A stretch of 39,101 bases of DNA from positions 1 to 39,101 of IMG/VR virus record IMGVR_UViG_3300020161_002896; one strand, 5' to 3'. The notes below the pieces were generated by a model. The model was not told where the DNA came from, searched no databases, and worked only from the letters and a program-made list of their open reading frames with translations. Shown here one piece after another: positions 20,401 through 29,316 of the stretch (the stretch's first letter is position 1; every line of letters begins with the position of its first letter). Source of the stretch: a virus (lineage: Duplodnaviria; Caudoviricetes). The position numbers and the translations under genes were made by a program.

Positions 20401-23400
20401 AATGTTTTATATTATCAAGGAGCTAGGTTAACTGATTTTATTGATATAAGACCAAGAGTTGCTCCATACACAGGTTCTTCAAAGTCTCCTTTTGAATTTG
20501 ATTCAAGAAATTTTGCAAGTGATGGGCAATATTCCAAGTATATACTTGCACCTGGAGAAAATTTATTTATAGATTATTCATACTTTGTTGGAAGAATTGA
20601 TAGAGTTTTCTTAAACAGCGATGGAACATTTGATGTTGTTCAAGGAACTCCTTCATCTACTCCTATTCCACCACCATTGAAAGGAAATTCTTTAGATATT
20701 GCTACTATTTACATTCCTCCATACGTTTATGACGTAAAAAATGTAAGTAGTGAAATGTCTGTGCATAAAAGATATAGAATGTCAGACATTTCACTACTTG
20801 AAAATAGGATTCAAAGAGTTGAAAAATTTACTACATTATCAATGCTTGAAAGTAAAACAGAAAATTTCACTATTAAAGATGCAGAAACAGGACTAGATCG
20901 ATTTAAGTGTGGATTTTTTGTAGATAATTTTAGCAATCACGAATATCATGATCTTCAAGATCCAGCATTCAAATCTTGTATTGATACAAGCACTAACACG
21001 TTAAGACCATTACATTATACAACATCTTTAGATCTTCAATTGGGTTCTGAAGCAATTAGTGGAGTTGGACAAACATTTAATCCAAATATAGATCAAAGTT
21101 ATGTTACCGATTTAGGTTCACCAAATATTAGAAAAACTGGAGATTTACTCACACTTGATTATAATGAAGTTCTTTATTTTGAACAAATTTATGCAACTAA
21201 AACGGAAAGTGTTACTCCATTCTTAGTTAGATATTGGACTGGATTTATTACACTCAATCCGCCAACGGATAGTTGGATTGATGAAAGAGCTGTTACAACT
21301 ACATCCGTAAATGAAATAGTAGATAGAGTAACGAGAGCAGATCAAAATTTCACAAGTGTTAATACAAGTAGTATTAATAATGACGTGTTTGTTAATGGCC
21401 CTCCTAATCCACAAACTGGAACTAATTCATTTGACTGGATTGCTAATGCACAAGATCTACTTAGTGGTGTAAGTACTCTTGGTGGAATAGGTGTTAATGT
21501 AAATTCTACAGAAACTTCAACAACTATTGCAGGTTTTAATCCAAATCCAGCTCCAGGACGTGGAGTTGGAGGCGGCGGACGCATCTCCGCGCCGCGGGCT
21601 GCGGCTCCATCTCCACCACTACCAGCACCACCAGCACGTCCGGCGCCTCGCGGACAATCACCTTCTCCATTATCAGCAGCAGGAACGGGCGTAGTCGGCG
21701 GTAACGTCGGCAACACCGTAGGTAGTCCTTCGGCACCAAACAGAGGAACATTTGGTATCAATACCTTACTCAACAGAAGATTTGCGCAGGCGGCTGGTCT
21801 CGGTGGGAGGAATCAGACCAACTTAGGGGCGGCCGCTACAACTTCAGCGGGAACATCTGGTGGAATCGGTGAAAACGCCAACGTTGTTGGTACTGATGTT
21901 ATACAGTTAAATGTTTTAAAAGACAGAGTAACTGAAGCAGATCTAGAACTAATTCGACAACTCTTACCACCCGATGTAGCAGCTGATTTTATCACGGCAA
22001 TTAATACAAATAACGGCCAAAGAAGAGCTATAATCAATTTTATACCAGGACAATCACCAACCATAACATTTGATAATTCAACAGAAACTTCAACAAGCAC
22101 ACAAAGCTCAAGTAATACCTCAAGTATATTTGTACCTGAACAAATTATAACTGCAGACACAGTTTCACAATCAATTTCAAACTATACCGAACAAGTTCGA
22201 TATTTGAGAAGTAGAAACATTGAATTTGATGTTAAGGGACTAAGACCACGTACAAGATTCTATAGTTTCTTCCAAGGAATTGATGTTAGCAAATACATTA
22301 TTCCAAAATTACTTGAAATTGAAATGATTTCTGGCAAATTTGAAATTGGAGAAACTGTAGAAAGCGATCCTAATTTTGCAACCGATAAAATTAGATTTAG
22401 ACTATGTAAACCAAATCATTTAACTGGACCTTTCGATGGATCTAATCCGCCTTCAATCACAAACCCAGTTCCTCTTGTGGACATTGCCACTGGTCAAGTA
22501 TTACCAAGAAATCCTGCAACACTTCCTAGACCAGATATTTTAAGACTTAATCCATATAATGCACAACCAGTTCCAGAAAATTATACTGAATCGTCTACAT
22601 TTTTAAATGTAGACACTAGGGCTCTGCAACTTCCTTCTGAAATAGAATTTTATGGTAAAGTTTCAACCAATATGAGATTAATCGGTAAAACTTCTGGAGC
22701 TGTTGCTAGAGTTACTAATGTTCGTTTGTTATCTGATAATGGCGGAAGACTTATTGGATCTCTGTTTATTCCAGATCCAAACGTTCCAGGAAATCCACAG
22801 TGGGTAAATGGATCAAATACATTTACAGTAATTGATACTCCTAATTTATCAGATCTTGGAAGAACCTATCAGGAATTTATTTCCAACACAAGGGTTAATG
22901 AAAGTTCTGCTCAAGAAGACTTTGTTTCATCTGCAGTAGCAAATGTTACACAAACTAATATTCTTACTACAAGAAACATAACAATTCTATCAAGTTATAA
23001 TATAAACACAACAACAGTCACAAATACTGTAGTAAACACAACTACATCCACTACTGCAGCAACACCTACTGGAGGTACAAATCAAGCTATAATTTGGGAA
23101 AATCATGACCCACTTGCACAGTCATTCTATGTTCGTGATAATACTGGAGTATTCTTGACATCCGTCGAAGTTTTCTTTGAAACAAAAGATGAGTTTATAC
23201 CAGTAACTCTCCAAATAAGACCAATAATGGCTGGTGTTCCAAGTAACATGGTTGTTCCTTTCTCTGAAGTTACTTTAAATCCTGATCAAATAAATCTTTC
23301 TGTAGATGCAACTGTCCCAACTAAATTTACTTTCTCATCTCCAGTATATTTACCAGGTCCGCAGCAACTTGAGGTTCGTAATGCACCTATTGGAAGTCAA

Positions 23401-25593
23401 CAAACTTCAGAATTTGCAATAGTTTTACTTTCAGGAAGTCCACAGTACAGAGTTTTCATCTCAGAACTAGGATTTAATGATATTCAAACCGGAACAAAAA
23501 TATCAGTACAACCAACACTAGGAAGTCTATTTAAGTCTCAAAATGGATCAACTTGGTCACCAGCTCAACTTGAAGATTTGAAATATAGAATTTATAGAGC
23601 AGATTTTGTTCCTGAAGGTCTCGTTAGATTCTTCAATCCAAAACTTTCTTTAGGAAATAAAAAAGTTACTATAACAGGAGGTAATCAGTTATTACCTCTT
23701 GCCAAGAAAATAACGGTTGGTCTTGGTTCTACTGGATACAGTACGGCAGGAATAACTACTGGACTTACAATTAAACAAGGAACTGCTACCGGTAAATTGG
23801 TTGGTCTTGCTGGCAGTGTTACGACAATCAGCATTGCGAACACTGGTATTGGATATACAGATGGAACATTCACTGGAGTTTCCTTAAAAAATCAAACAGG
23901 AATTGGATTTGGTGCTGAAGCAACAATTGGTGTTGTAAACTCAGGTATTGCTACAGTAACTATCACTAATGGTGGTTTTGGATATGTACAAGGAGATTCT
24001 CTGTTTATTCCCGAAAAAGAATTTGGTCTTAATGTTGGATTTGGTGGAAAAATTACTGTTACTGGCACATCCAACATATCAAATGCGTTCGTTATAGATA
24101 ATGTTCAAGGTAATTTTAGTGCTGGAATTGCTTCTCTGACGTATTTAAACTCTAGTGGAAGTGTAGTGTCCACTGGAGCAACAATATCGACAATAATTAA
24201 TGATCCCTATTATGATGGATTGCATATGAAGATCAACCAAATTAATCATGGTATGCACTCTACAGAAAATTATGTAAAAATTAGTGAGATGCGACCTCTT
24301 CAGAATGAAGTAAATTCAAGATCAACACAAGAGATTACAAGCAGTGAATTATCTATTCCTATAATTTCTTCTGCAGGATTTGAGACTTTTGAAGGAGTTG
24401 CAGTTAGTGCATCAAATCCAGGATATGCAATTATCGGTTATGAAGTTATTGAATATACATCTGTAAGTGGAAATACTTTAATTGCAACAGAAAGAGGAGT
24501 TGATGGAACTCAACCTCAACCATATGTTTCGAATGTCGCCGTTTACAAATATGAATTTAATGGAATCTCATTGAGAAGAATAAACAAAGTTCATAACTTT
24601 GCTGAAGTTGATGAAAATCATGGAATAAAACTAAATTCTTATCATATTAAGATTGATCCCTCTGATACTGATTACAATAATGTTGGAATAGGATCTGAGC
24701 GTACTAATGATCTATATTTTAGAGAAACGGTACAAACTGGTGAACCTGGAACTTTACTTTCAAGCAATATTCAATTTGAAGCGATTACTCCAAATGTTGC
24801 CAACATTGTTCCTGGAAAAACTAATTTATCTGCAAGAGTTAGAACTTTCAGTGCAACTAGTATTAGTGGTTCTGAAAAATCTTTCTTAGACAATGGATTC
24901 CAACAAATTTCTCTAAATTCTACATCATATTTTGGTTCTCCAAGATTAGTTTGTTCTGAGGTAAATGAACAAGAATTCATAACAGAATCTCCTGGAGGTA
25001 AATCCTTCACTATGGAATTCTTAATGAACACAACTGACTCTAGAGTTTCTCCTGTGATAGATTTAATAAATGTAAGTGCTATTTTTACTTCTAATTTGGT
25101 TAACAGTCCAGTTGGAGTAAATGATAATTCAAATTACGCAAATGATGACACTGTTAGATCTTTATCTGAAGATTCTCATGAAGTGGTTTACATTTCAAAA
25201 CCAATTAGTTTGAAAATACCAGCGAACTCCATAAAAGTTATTCTTTCTGCAAGTCACACTGATTCAAATGATGTAAGAGTTCTTTATAGACTCTTTAGAG
25301 CAGATGCTCCAGGAATCTCTCAAAATTATGAATTATTCCCAGGATATAGAAATTATCAAGTTGATGGACAGGGAATTAAGAGAGTCATTGATAAATCTCA
25401 AAATGATGGATCTGCAGACTCTAAAGTACAATTTACTTCAGATAGATCTTTCTTAGATTATGAATATTCGGTTGATGATTTACCTGATTTTGATGCTTTC
25501 TCAATCAAAGTTGTAATGGCAGGACAAGATCAATCTTGTCCTCCACTAATTAGACAACTTAGAGCAATTGCCACAGTAAAACCTAAGGTATAA
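17443..25593 (+). CDS. Large virion structural protein, VrlC-like / DUF4815 family (2716 aa)
   Basis: N-terminal TNLNVSPYFDDFD..K.YYKVLFKPG.P.QARELT.LQSILQNQ, APGADRLKI, LARRTFDESGDY, DRFK.GFFVDNF and DPLAQSF motifs. Typical position after g8. Confidence 0.88.
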   Translation: MPQETNLNVSPYFDDFDANKDYYKVLFKPGYPIQARELTNLQSILQNQIEQYGRHVFKEGSVVIPGQLRYENPLYAIEIEPTFNGAPISLYFDQLLGKKLRGSVSGVSAEVVLLVTNTESERGNYTLYLKYLESGGADFTNRIFQNSETLLLETPLTYGNFTVPVGQGICNTISENSASEGSGVSVASGVYFVRGVFARVSEQTIILDQYSTTPSYKVGFDVIEDIVNYDEDPSLVDNAQGFSNYSAPGADRLKITLELSKRSIDDAETNNFVEILRVINGAPQFFDKNPQYNLIRDELARRTFDESGDYFVSPFTLFVRDSLNDRTLTKGIYFRDQQTVQGNIPSEDLMVYQIGPGKAYVNGYDVETISPRLLDVPKARSTERISQVVQYNAGSLVVVNNGYGSPSIGLGTQATVSLMDSRIGTSPHVAAGTTIGVARVYDFVPESDYVDDTSRLNLRLFDIQTFTIIGLTTSFSTNLQVPSFVEGKKSRATGYLKSVVSAGTTTLTLYETTGNFLENEQIIINGIDNGRLITSVKDYSVSDIKSVYSQVGITTFNADLVLSRRSYIARPGTTFNINNGVVSAGLENIFTNIVKVGDIVSYTNTTFTGDPIYNKVTAIGAGGTNFTISGITTVTGVCDGVLPSGSFEVTNVIKVSPSINSRNSSLLTKLSKNNVSIINFEGNEISQRRSYDISSFSGSTISITIDPSDIDVYFDSFDEDRFVITYSDGSIEPMRFDKYNLSDDGKTLTFNGLTKSSGTNVKVITSVYNIALNSKTKKLNKVSSILVSNSKLTSSGIGTTTLNDGLTYSSVYGTRVQDREISLNVPDAVRVIGVYESNGISDPVLPNLQTSGNPAGNQNYIIGEQIEGKTSGAVAIITSKIGFDTLEYTYLNTIQFSVGEIVLGQESNEESIISNKTNGDKNISKNFSFDDGQRDSFYDFSRIVRNQNIEEPKRKLKVIFQNYTIDSSDTGEVITANSYSDSDFKYNVLYYQGARLTDFIDIRPRVAPYTGSSKSPFEFDSRNFASDGQYSKYILAPGENLFIDYSYFVGRIDRVFLNSDGTFDVVQGTPSSTPIPPPLKGNSLDIATIYIPPYVYDVKNVSSEMSVHKRYRMSDISLLENRIQRVEKFTTLSMLESKTENFTIKDAETGLDRFKCGFFVDNFSNHEYHDLQDPAFKSCIDTSTNTLRPLHYTTSLDLQLGSEAISGVGQTFNPNIDQSYVTDLGSPNIRKTGDLLTLDYNEVLYFEQIYATKTESVTPFLVRYWTGFITLNPPTDSWIDERAVTTTSVNEIVDRVTRADQNFTSVNTSSINNDVFVNGPPNPQTGTNSFDWIANAQDLLSGVSTLGGIGVNVNSTETSTTIAGFNPNPAPGRGVGGGGRISAPRAAAPSPPLPAPPARPAPRGQSPSPLSAAGTGVVGGNVGNTVGSPSAPNRGTFGINTLLNRRFAQAAGLGGRNQTNLGAAATTSAGTSGGIGENANVVGTDVIQLNVLKDRVTEADLELIRQLLPPDVAADFITAINTNNGQRRAIINFIPGQSPTITFDNSTETSTSTQSSSNTSSIFVPEQIITADTVSQSISNYTEQVRYLRSRNIEFDVKGLRPRTRFYSFFQGIDVSKYIIPKLLEIEMISGKFEIGETVESDPNFATDKIRFRLCKPNHLTGPFDGSNPPSITNPVPLVDIATGQVLPRNPATLPRPDILRLNPYNAQPVPENYTESSTFLNVDTRALQLPSEIEFYGKVSTNMRLIGKTSGAVARVTNVRLLSDNGGRLIGSLFIPDPNVPGNPQWVNGSNTFTVIDTPNLSDLGRTYQEFISNTRVNESSAQEDFVSSAVANVTQTNILTTRNITILSSYNINTTTVTNTVVNTTTSTTAATPTGGTNQAIIWENHDPLAQSFYVRDNTGVFLTSVEVFFETKDEFIPVTLQIRPIMAGVPSNMVVPFSEVTLNPDQINLSVDATVPTKFTFSSPVYLPGPQQLEVRNAPIGSQQTSEFAIVLLSGSPQYRVFISELGFNDIQTGTKISVQPTLGSLFKSQNGSTWSPAQLEDLKYRIYRADFVPEGLVRFFNPKLSLGNKKVTITGGNQLLPLAKKITVGLGSTGYSTAGITTGLTIKQGTATGKLVGLAGSVTTISIANTGIGYTDGTFTGVSLKNQTGIGFGAEATIGVVNSGIATVTITNGGFGYVQGDSLFIPEKEFGLNVGFGGKITVTGTSNISNAFVIDNVQGNFSAGIASLTYLNSSGSVVSTGATISTIINDPYYDGLHMKINQINHGMHSTENYVKISEMRPLQNEVNSRSTQEITSSELSIPIISSAGFETFEGVAVSASNPGYAIIGYEVIEYTSVSGNTLIATERGVDGTQPQPYVSNVAVYKYEFNGISLRRINKVHNFAEVDENHGIKLNSYHIKIDPSDTDYNNVGIGSERTNDLYFRETVQTGEPGTLLSSNIQFEAITPNVANIVPGKTNLSARVRTFSATSISGSEKSFLDNGFQQISLNSTSYFGSPRLVCSEVNEQEFITESPGGKSFTMEFLMNTTDSRVSPVIDLINVSAIFTSNLVNSPVGVNDNSNYANDDTVRSLSEDSHEVVYISKPISLKIPANSIKVILSASHTDSNDVRVLYRLFRADAPGISQNYELFPGYRNYQVDGQGIKRVIDKSQNDGSADSKVQFTSDRSFLDYEYSVDDLPDFDAFSIKVVMAGQDQSCPPLIRQLRAIATVKPKV
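21541..21880 (+). other. GC-rich, low-complexity Pro/Gly/Ala/Arg in-frame segment within the VrlC-like gene
   Basis: Hand count gives 181 G+C in the 300 nt 21541-21840 (60%) and 82/120 in 21541-21660, against AT-rich flanks. Encodes PNPAPGRGVGGGGRISAPRAAAPSPPLPAPPARPAPRG... Confidence 0.9.
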
Positions 25594-25596
25594 CAC

Positions 25597-25821
25597 ATGA
25601 ACTATATAAAAGTTAAAGACAAAAATCATTTAGCAAGAGATTGCTATTCTAACGGAATAGTAAGTACTGATGCCGAAGGATACAAAGCTTATATTCAAAA
25701 TTATAAAAAAATATATAGTGAATCTCAAAGGATTAAAAGTCTTGAAAATGATGTAAGTGAAATTAAAAGTGATTTGAACGAAATTAAAAACCTATTGAGG
25801 AGTTTGGCAAATGGATCCTGA
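25597..25821 (+). CDS. Small hypothetical protein (74 aa) with a C-terminal coiled coil
   Basis: Starts 3 nt after the VrlC-like stop. Heptad pattern IKSLENDVSEIKSDLNEIKNLL. Confidence 0.8.
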   Translation: MNYIKVKDKNHLARDCYSNGIVSTDAEGYKAYIQNYKKIYSESQRIKSLENDVSEIKSDLNEIKNLLRSLANGS

Positions 25822-25981
25822 TAAAATATCTTTAGAAAACATGAGTAAACTATTTGAATATGAAAAACTTTCTAGAGACATAGATAGTATAGAAGATATT
25901 GAAACTTTGAAAGATCTAGCAAAATCTTATATTAAACTGTATTTTAAACAACAAGAAGTAGTTGCAGGGTTTAAAATCTAA
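25811..25981 (+). CDS. Small helical protein (56 aa), possibly NblA-like; not in ORF track
   Basis: GAGGAG at 25797-25802 upstream of the ATG. Translation MDPDKISLENMSKLFEYEKLSRDIDSIEDIETLKDLAKSYIKLYFKQQEVVAGFKI*. The stop overlaps the g13 start (TAATG). The CDS is well supported; the function is speculative. Confidence 0.75.
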   Translation: MDPDKISLENMSKLFEYEKLSRDIDSIEDIETLKDLAKSYIKLYFKQQEVVAGFKI

Positions 25982-26835
25982 TGGCACAACCATCCACCCG
26001 TCAAGAACTTATTGATTATTGCAAAAGAAAACTGGGAGCTCCAGTTCTAGAAATTAATGTTGCAGATGAACAAATTGAAGACTTGGTGGATGATGCCGTT
26101 CAATTTTTCCAAGAAAGACACTTTGATGGAGTATATCCAACTTTTTACAAATATAAAGTAACTCAAGCAGATATTGATAGAGGAAGAGCAGGAACCGCAA
26201 GTAATGCAGTAAGTACTGTAGGAATTGCAACTACTTCAGCAACAGCAAATATAGTTGGAACTGCTACAACTTTTTCATATTATGAAAATAGTAACTATCT
26301 ACAAATGCCACCAAATATTATTGGTGTGAATAAGATTTTTACTTTTGACGGAGCAAATACTATTACACATAATATGTTTAGTGTAAAGTACCAATTGTTT
26401 TTGAATGATATTTACTATTGGGGTACAACTGAACTTTTAAGTTATGCAATGGTCAAGACATACTTAGAAGATCTTGATTTTCTCTTAAATACACAAAAAC
26501 AAGTGAGATTTAATAAGAGGCAAGATAGACTATATTTGGATATTGATTGGAGTTCAATAAGAGCTGATCAATTTTTTATTATCGATTGTTACTCAACACT
26601 AGATCCAAATGATTATTCAAGAGTTTGGAACGACTCTTTCTTAAAACCATATCTGACTGCTCTGATTAAGAGGCAGTGGGGTCAAAATATGATGAAATTT
26701 ACCGGAGTTAAACTTCCTGGTGGCGTTGAGTTAAATGGACGACAAATGTATGATGATGGTCAAAGAGAAATTGATATGTTGATGGAAAAAATGTCAAGTA
26801 CTTATGAACTTCCTCCTCTTGATATGATAGGTTAA
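25981..26835 (+). CDS. gp13: Neck protein gp13
   Basis: RQELIDYC.RKLGAPVLEINV.DEQIEDLVDDA.Q.F.E.HFDG and KRQWGQN..KF.GV.LPGGV.LNG motifs. Confidence 0.95.
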   Translation: MAQPSTRQELIDYCKRKLGAPVLEINVADEQIEDLVDDAVQFFQERHFDGVYPTFYKYKVTQADIDRGRAGTASNAVSTVGIATTSATANIVGTATTFSYYENSNYLQMPPNIIGVNKIFTFDGANTITHNMFSVKYQLFLNDIYYWGTTELLSYAMVKTYLEDLDFLLNTQKQVRFNKRQDRLYLDIDWSSIRADQFFIIDCYSTLDPNDYSRVWNDSFLKPYLTALIKRQWGQNMMKFTGVKLPGGVELNGRQMYDDGQREIDMLMEKMSSTYELPPLDMIG

Positions 26836-26839
26836 TCAT

Positions 26840-28252
26840 ATGCTTAATCCATTCTTTCTTCAAGGTTCTAACTCAGAACAAGGACTCATTCAAGATTTAA
26901 TTAATGAGCAATTGAGGATGTATGGTGTTGAAGTTCACTATCTTCCACGACAATTTATTACCGAAAAAACAGTTATTAAAGAGGTTATAGAGTCTGAATT
27001 TAATAGTGCTTATCCAATTGAAGCATATGTAGATACTTATGATGGATATAGTGATAATCCAACTATTTTATCAAAGTTTGGAATTCAAGCACTTAATGAG
27101 ATAACATTAACTATTTCAAGAGAAAGATTTAAGAATTACATTTCACCACTAATTCAGAATCAACCAAATATAAAAGTATCATCTAGGCCAAAAGAAGGAG
27201 ATTTGATTTATTTTCCTTTAGGTAGAAGATTATTTGAAGTTAAATACGTGGAGCATGAAAAGCCATTTTATCAACTTCAAGGATTATATACATATCAACT
27301 CAGATGCGAACTTTTCAGATATGAAGACGAAGTTATAGATACAAGTATTGAAGAAATTGATGAACTTATTGGAGGAAGCGACTCTTCAGATTCTGACAAA
27401 GTTCCAGTTGGAAATATTACAAATCTTACCATGGCTGGAGTTGGTGTTACCGCAACCGCTACTGTTGCAATTGTAAATGGCGGAGTAAGATATATTACAA
27501 TTACTAATCGTGGTGGCGGATACACAAGTACTCCAACAGTTGGAATTTCTTCTGCACCATCTGGAGGAAAAACAGCGACTGCAATTGCAAAGATGATTAG
27601 TGGTATAGTTGATTGTAACAATAATATAAATCCAAAAGCACAATCTGTTCAGAGTGTTGAAATTATTAATGCCGGATACGGATACACAGTTGCCCCACAA
27701 GTAAGATTTATTGGTGGTGGCGGTAAAGGTGCGACTGGAATTTCATCCATAGGCGATGGAGTTGTTGGTATCATCACTATTACAAATGCAGGATCCGGAT
27801 ATGTAACTTCACCAACCATTACATTTACTGGAATATCTACAGTATCTGCAGCAGCAACAGCAGTTGTTTCTGCTGCTGGAACAATTACATCAATTAGAAT
27901 TACAAATGCTGGACTTGGATATACTGTTAATCCAACGATTATCATTGGAAATCCACTTCTTACTTCAAGTGGAAATTTTGTATTCAACGAAATTGTAACA
28001 GGATCTCAGAGTGGAGTTACAGCAAGAGTTAAATCTTGGGACTCTAATACGAAAGTTCTTCAAGTTTCAAATATAAATGGTGAATTTAAAATTGGAGAAA
28101 ATATAGTAGGATCCGCATCAAGTGCTTCTCAATACTTACGATCCATTGATGTATTTCCTGCAAGAGATGGATATGCTGCAAATGAAGAGATTGAAGAAGA
28201 AGCAGATGATATTATTGATTTTGATGAGACAAATCCTTTCGGAATGCCGTAA
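26840..28252 (+). CDS. gp14: Neck protein gp14 with inserted beta-repeat domains (470 aa)
   Basis: EQ.L.QDLINEQLRMYG.EV.YLPR, LSKFG, RPKEGDLIYFP...LFEVKYVEHEKPFYQL and the C-terminal DF.E.NPFG motifs. Confidence 0.93.
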   Translation: MLNPFFLQGSNSEQGLIQDLINEQLRMYGVEVHYLPRQFITEKTVIKEVIESEFNSAYPIEAYVDTYDGYSDNPTILSKFGIQALNEITLTISRERFKNYISPLIQNQPNIKVSSRPKEGDLIYFPLGRRLFEVKYVEHEKPFYQLQGLYTYQLRCELFRYEDEVIDTSIEEIDELIGGSDSSDSDKVPVGNITNLTMAGVGVTATATVAIVNGGVRYITITNRGGGYTSTPTVGISSAPSGGKTATAIAKMISGIVDCNNNINPKAQSVQSVEIINAGYGYTVAPQVRFIGGGGKGATGISSIGDGVVGIITITNAGSGYVTSPTITFTGISTVSAAATAVVSAAGTITSIRITNAGLGYTVNPTIIIGNPLLTSSGNFVFNEIVTGSQSGVTARVKSWDSNTKVLQVSNINGEFKIGENIVGSASSASQYLRSIDVFPARDGYAANEEIEEEADDIIDFDETNPFGMP

Positions 28253-28256
28253 ATCA

Positions 28257-28287
28257 TATAAATATTAGTTATTAATTTGATTAAATA
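28257..28287 (+). promoter_or_regulatory. Late promoter(s) upstream of g15
   Basis: Perfect TATAAATA at 28257-28264 and a second TTAAATA at 28281-28287 in the g14-g15 intergenic gap. Confidence 0.75.
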
Positions 28288-28308
28288 GTAGTACCATAAA
28301 TTAGAAGT

Positions 28309-29310
28309 ATGTTTGAGTATTTTTATCACGAAATTTTAAGAAGAACTGTTATTGCTTTTGGTTCGTTATTTAATGATATAACTATCAAACATACTAATAA
28401 TTCTAACCAAACTATTAGTGCAATCAAGGTTCCTCTTGCATATGGTCCAACGCAAAAGTTTCTTGCGAGATTGAACCAATCACCAAATTTAAATAAACCA
28501 GTTCAAATTACATTACCAAGAATGTCATTTGAATTTACTGGATTAACTTATGATGCAGCAAGAAAGTCAACAACAACACAATACTTCACTGCAAAATCAG
28601 TAGCAGACGGAACAGAAACCAAGAAGGCATATCTTCCAGTTCCATATAATATGCAATTTGAGTTAAGTATAATGTCCAAATTGAATGATGATGCTCTTCA
28701 AATTATAGAGCAAATTTTACCTTATTTTCAACCTGCTTATACAATGACTGTTGATTTGGTTGAAACTATTAATGAAAAAAGAGACATTCCTGTGATTCTT
28801 GAAAACATAACAATGCAGGATGATTATGAAGGCGATTTTACTACAAGAAGAGTCTTAATTTATACTTTAAGATTTACTGCAAAGACTTACATTTTTGGAC
28901 CAGTTTCTTCTGCAACCAAGGATATTGTCAAAAAGGCAACTATTGGTTATGTTGCTGGAGATTTAACATCTTCACCAACAAGAGAGATTGTATACTCAGT
29001 AGAACCAAGAGCGATTCAAAATTATACAGGAACTGTTCTTACCAATTTATCTAAGGATATTACAAATGAAGATAATTTAATTACAGTAAATGATGCGAGT
29101 GCGATTTCTGTCGATACTTATCTTGATTTAGAGGGAGAAGAAGTTTATGTAACTGCTAAGTCTGGAAATGTTCTCACTGTTGATCGTGGCAGAGATAACA
29201 CAACAATTACATCACACTTAGCAGGTTCTCAAGTTAAATCAATTACTTCTACAGATAATTTACTTATTGAAGAAGGTGACGATTTTGGATTTAGTGGAAG
29301 TGTTTTTTGA
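28309..29310 (+). CDS. gp15: Tail sheath stabiliser / tail completion protein gp15 with a C-terminal accessory domain
   Basis: YFYHEILRRTVIAFGSLFN.I, VPLAYGP.QKFLARL, LPRMSFE, PVPYN and QI.EQILPYFQP motifs. Confidence 0.95.
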   Translation: MFEYFYHEILRRTVIAFGSLFNDITIKHTNNSNQTISAIKVPLAYGPTQKFLARLNQSPNLNKPVQITLPRMSFEFTGLTYDAARKSTTTQYFTAKSVADGTETKKAYLPVPYNMQFELSIMSKLNDDALQIIEQILPYFQPAYTMTVDLVETINEKRDIPVILENITMQDDYEGDFTTRRVLIYTLRFTAKTYIFGPVSSATKDIVKKATIGYVAGDLTSSPTREIVYSVEPRAIQNYTGTVLTNLSKDITNEDNLITVNDASAISVDTYLDLEGEEVYVTAKSGNVLTVDRGRDNTTITSHLAGSQVKSITSTDNLLIEEGDDFGFSGSVF

Positions 29311-29316
29311 TAAGTT

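Noticed and set aside
21829-21836. GCGGCCGC (NotI) and other GC palindromes in the insert as a sign of vector or synthetic DNA
   Set aside because: The insert keeps the reading frame of a 2716-aa gene and shows no polylinker or vector sequence. Such sites are expected at 60-70% GC. Read mapping is still advisable.
21342-22160. Minus-strand ORFs of 143, 71 and 115 aa across the GC-rich insert as overprinted genes
   Set aside because: The 143- and 115-aa ORFs are antisense codon mirrors of the sense frame, and stop depletion is expected in GC-rich or Gly/Thr-rich sequence. I saw no SD, promoter or recognisable motif.
3687-25593. Diversity-generating retroelement, CRISPR array or nucleotide tandem repeats in the giant genes
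   Set aside because: The repeats are visible only at protein level. I saw no near-identical nucleotide repeat pair, spacer array or reverse transcriptase, although this was a by-eye scan and a self dot-plot would be decisive.
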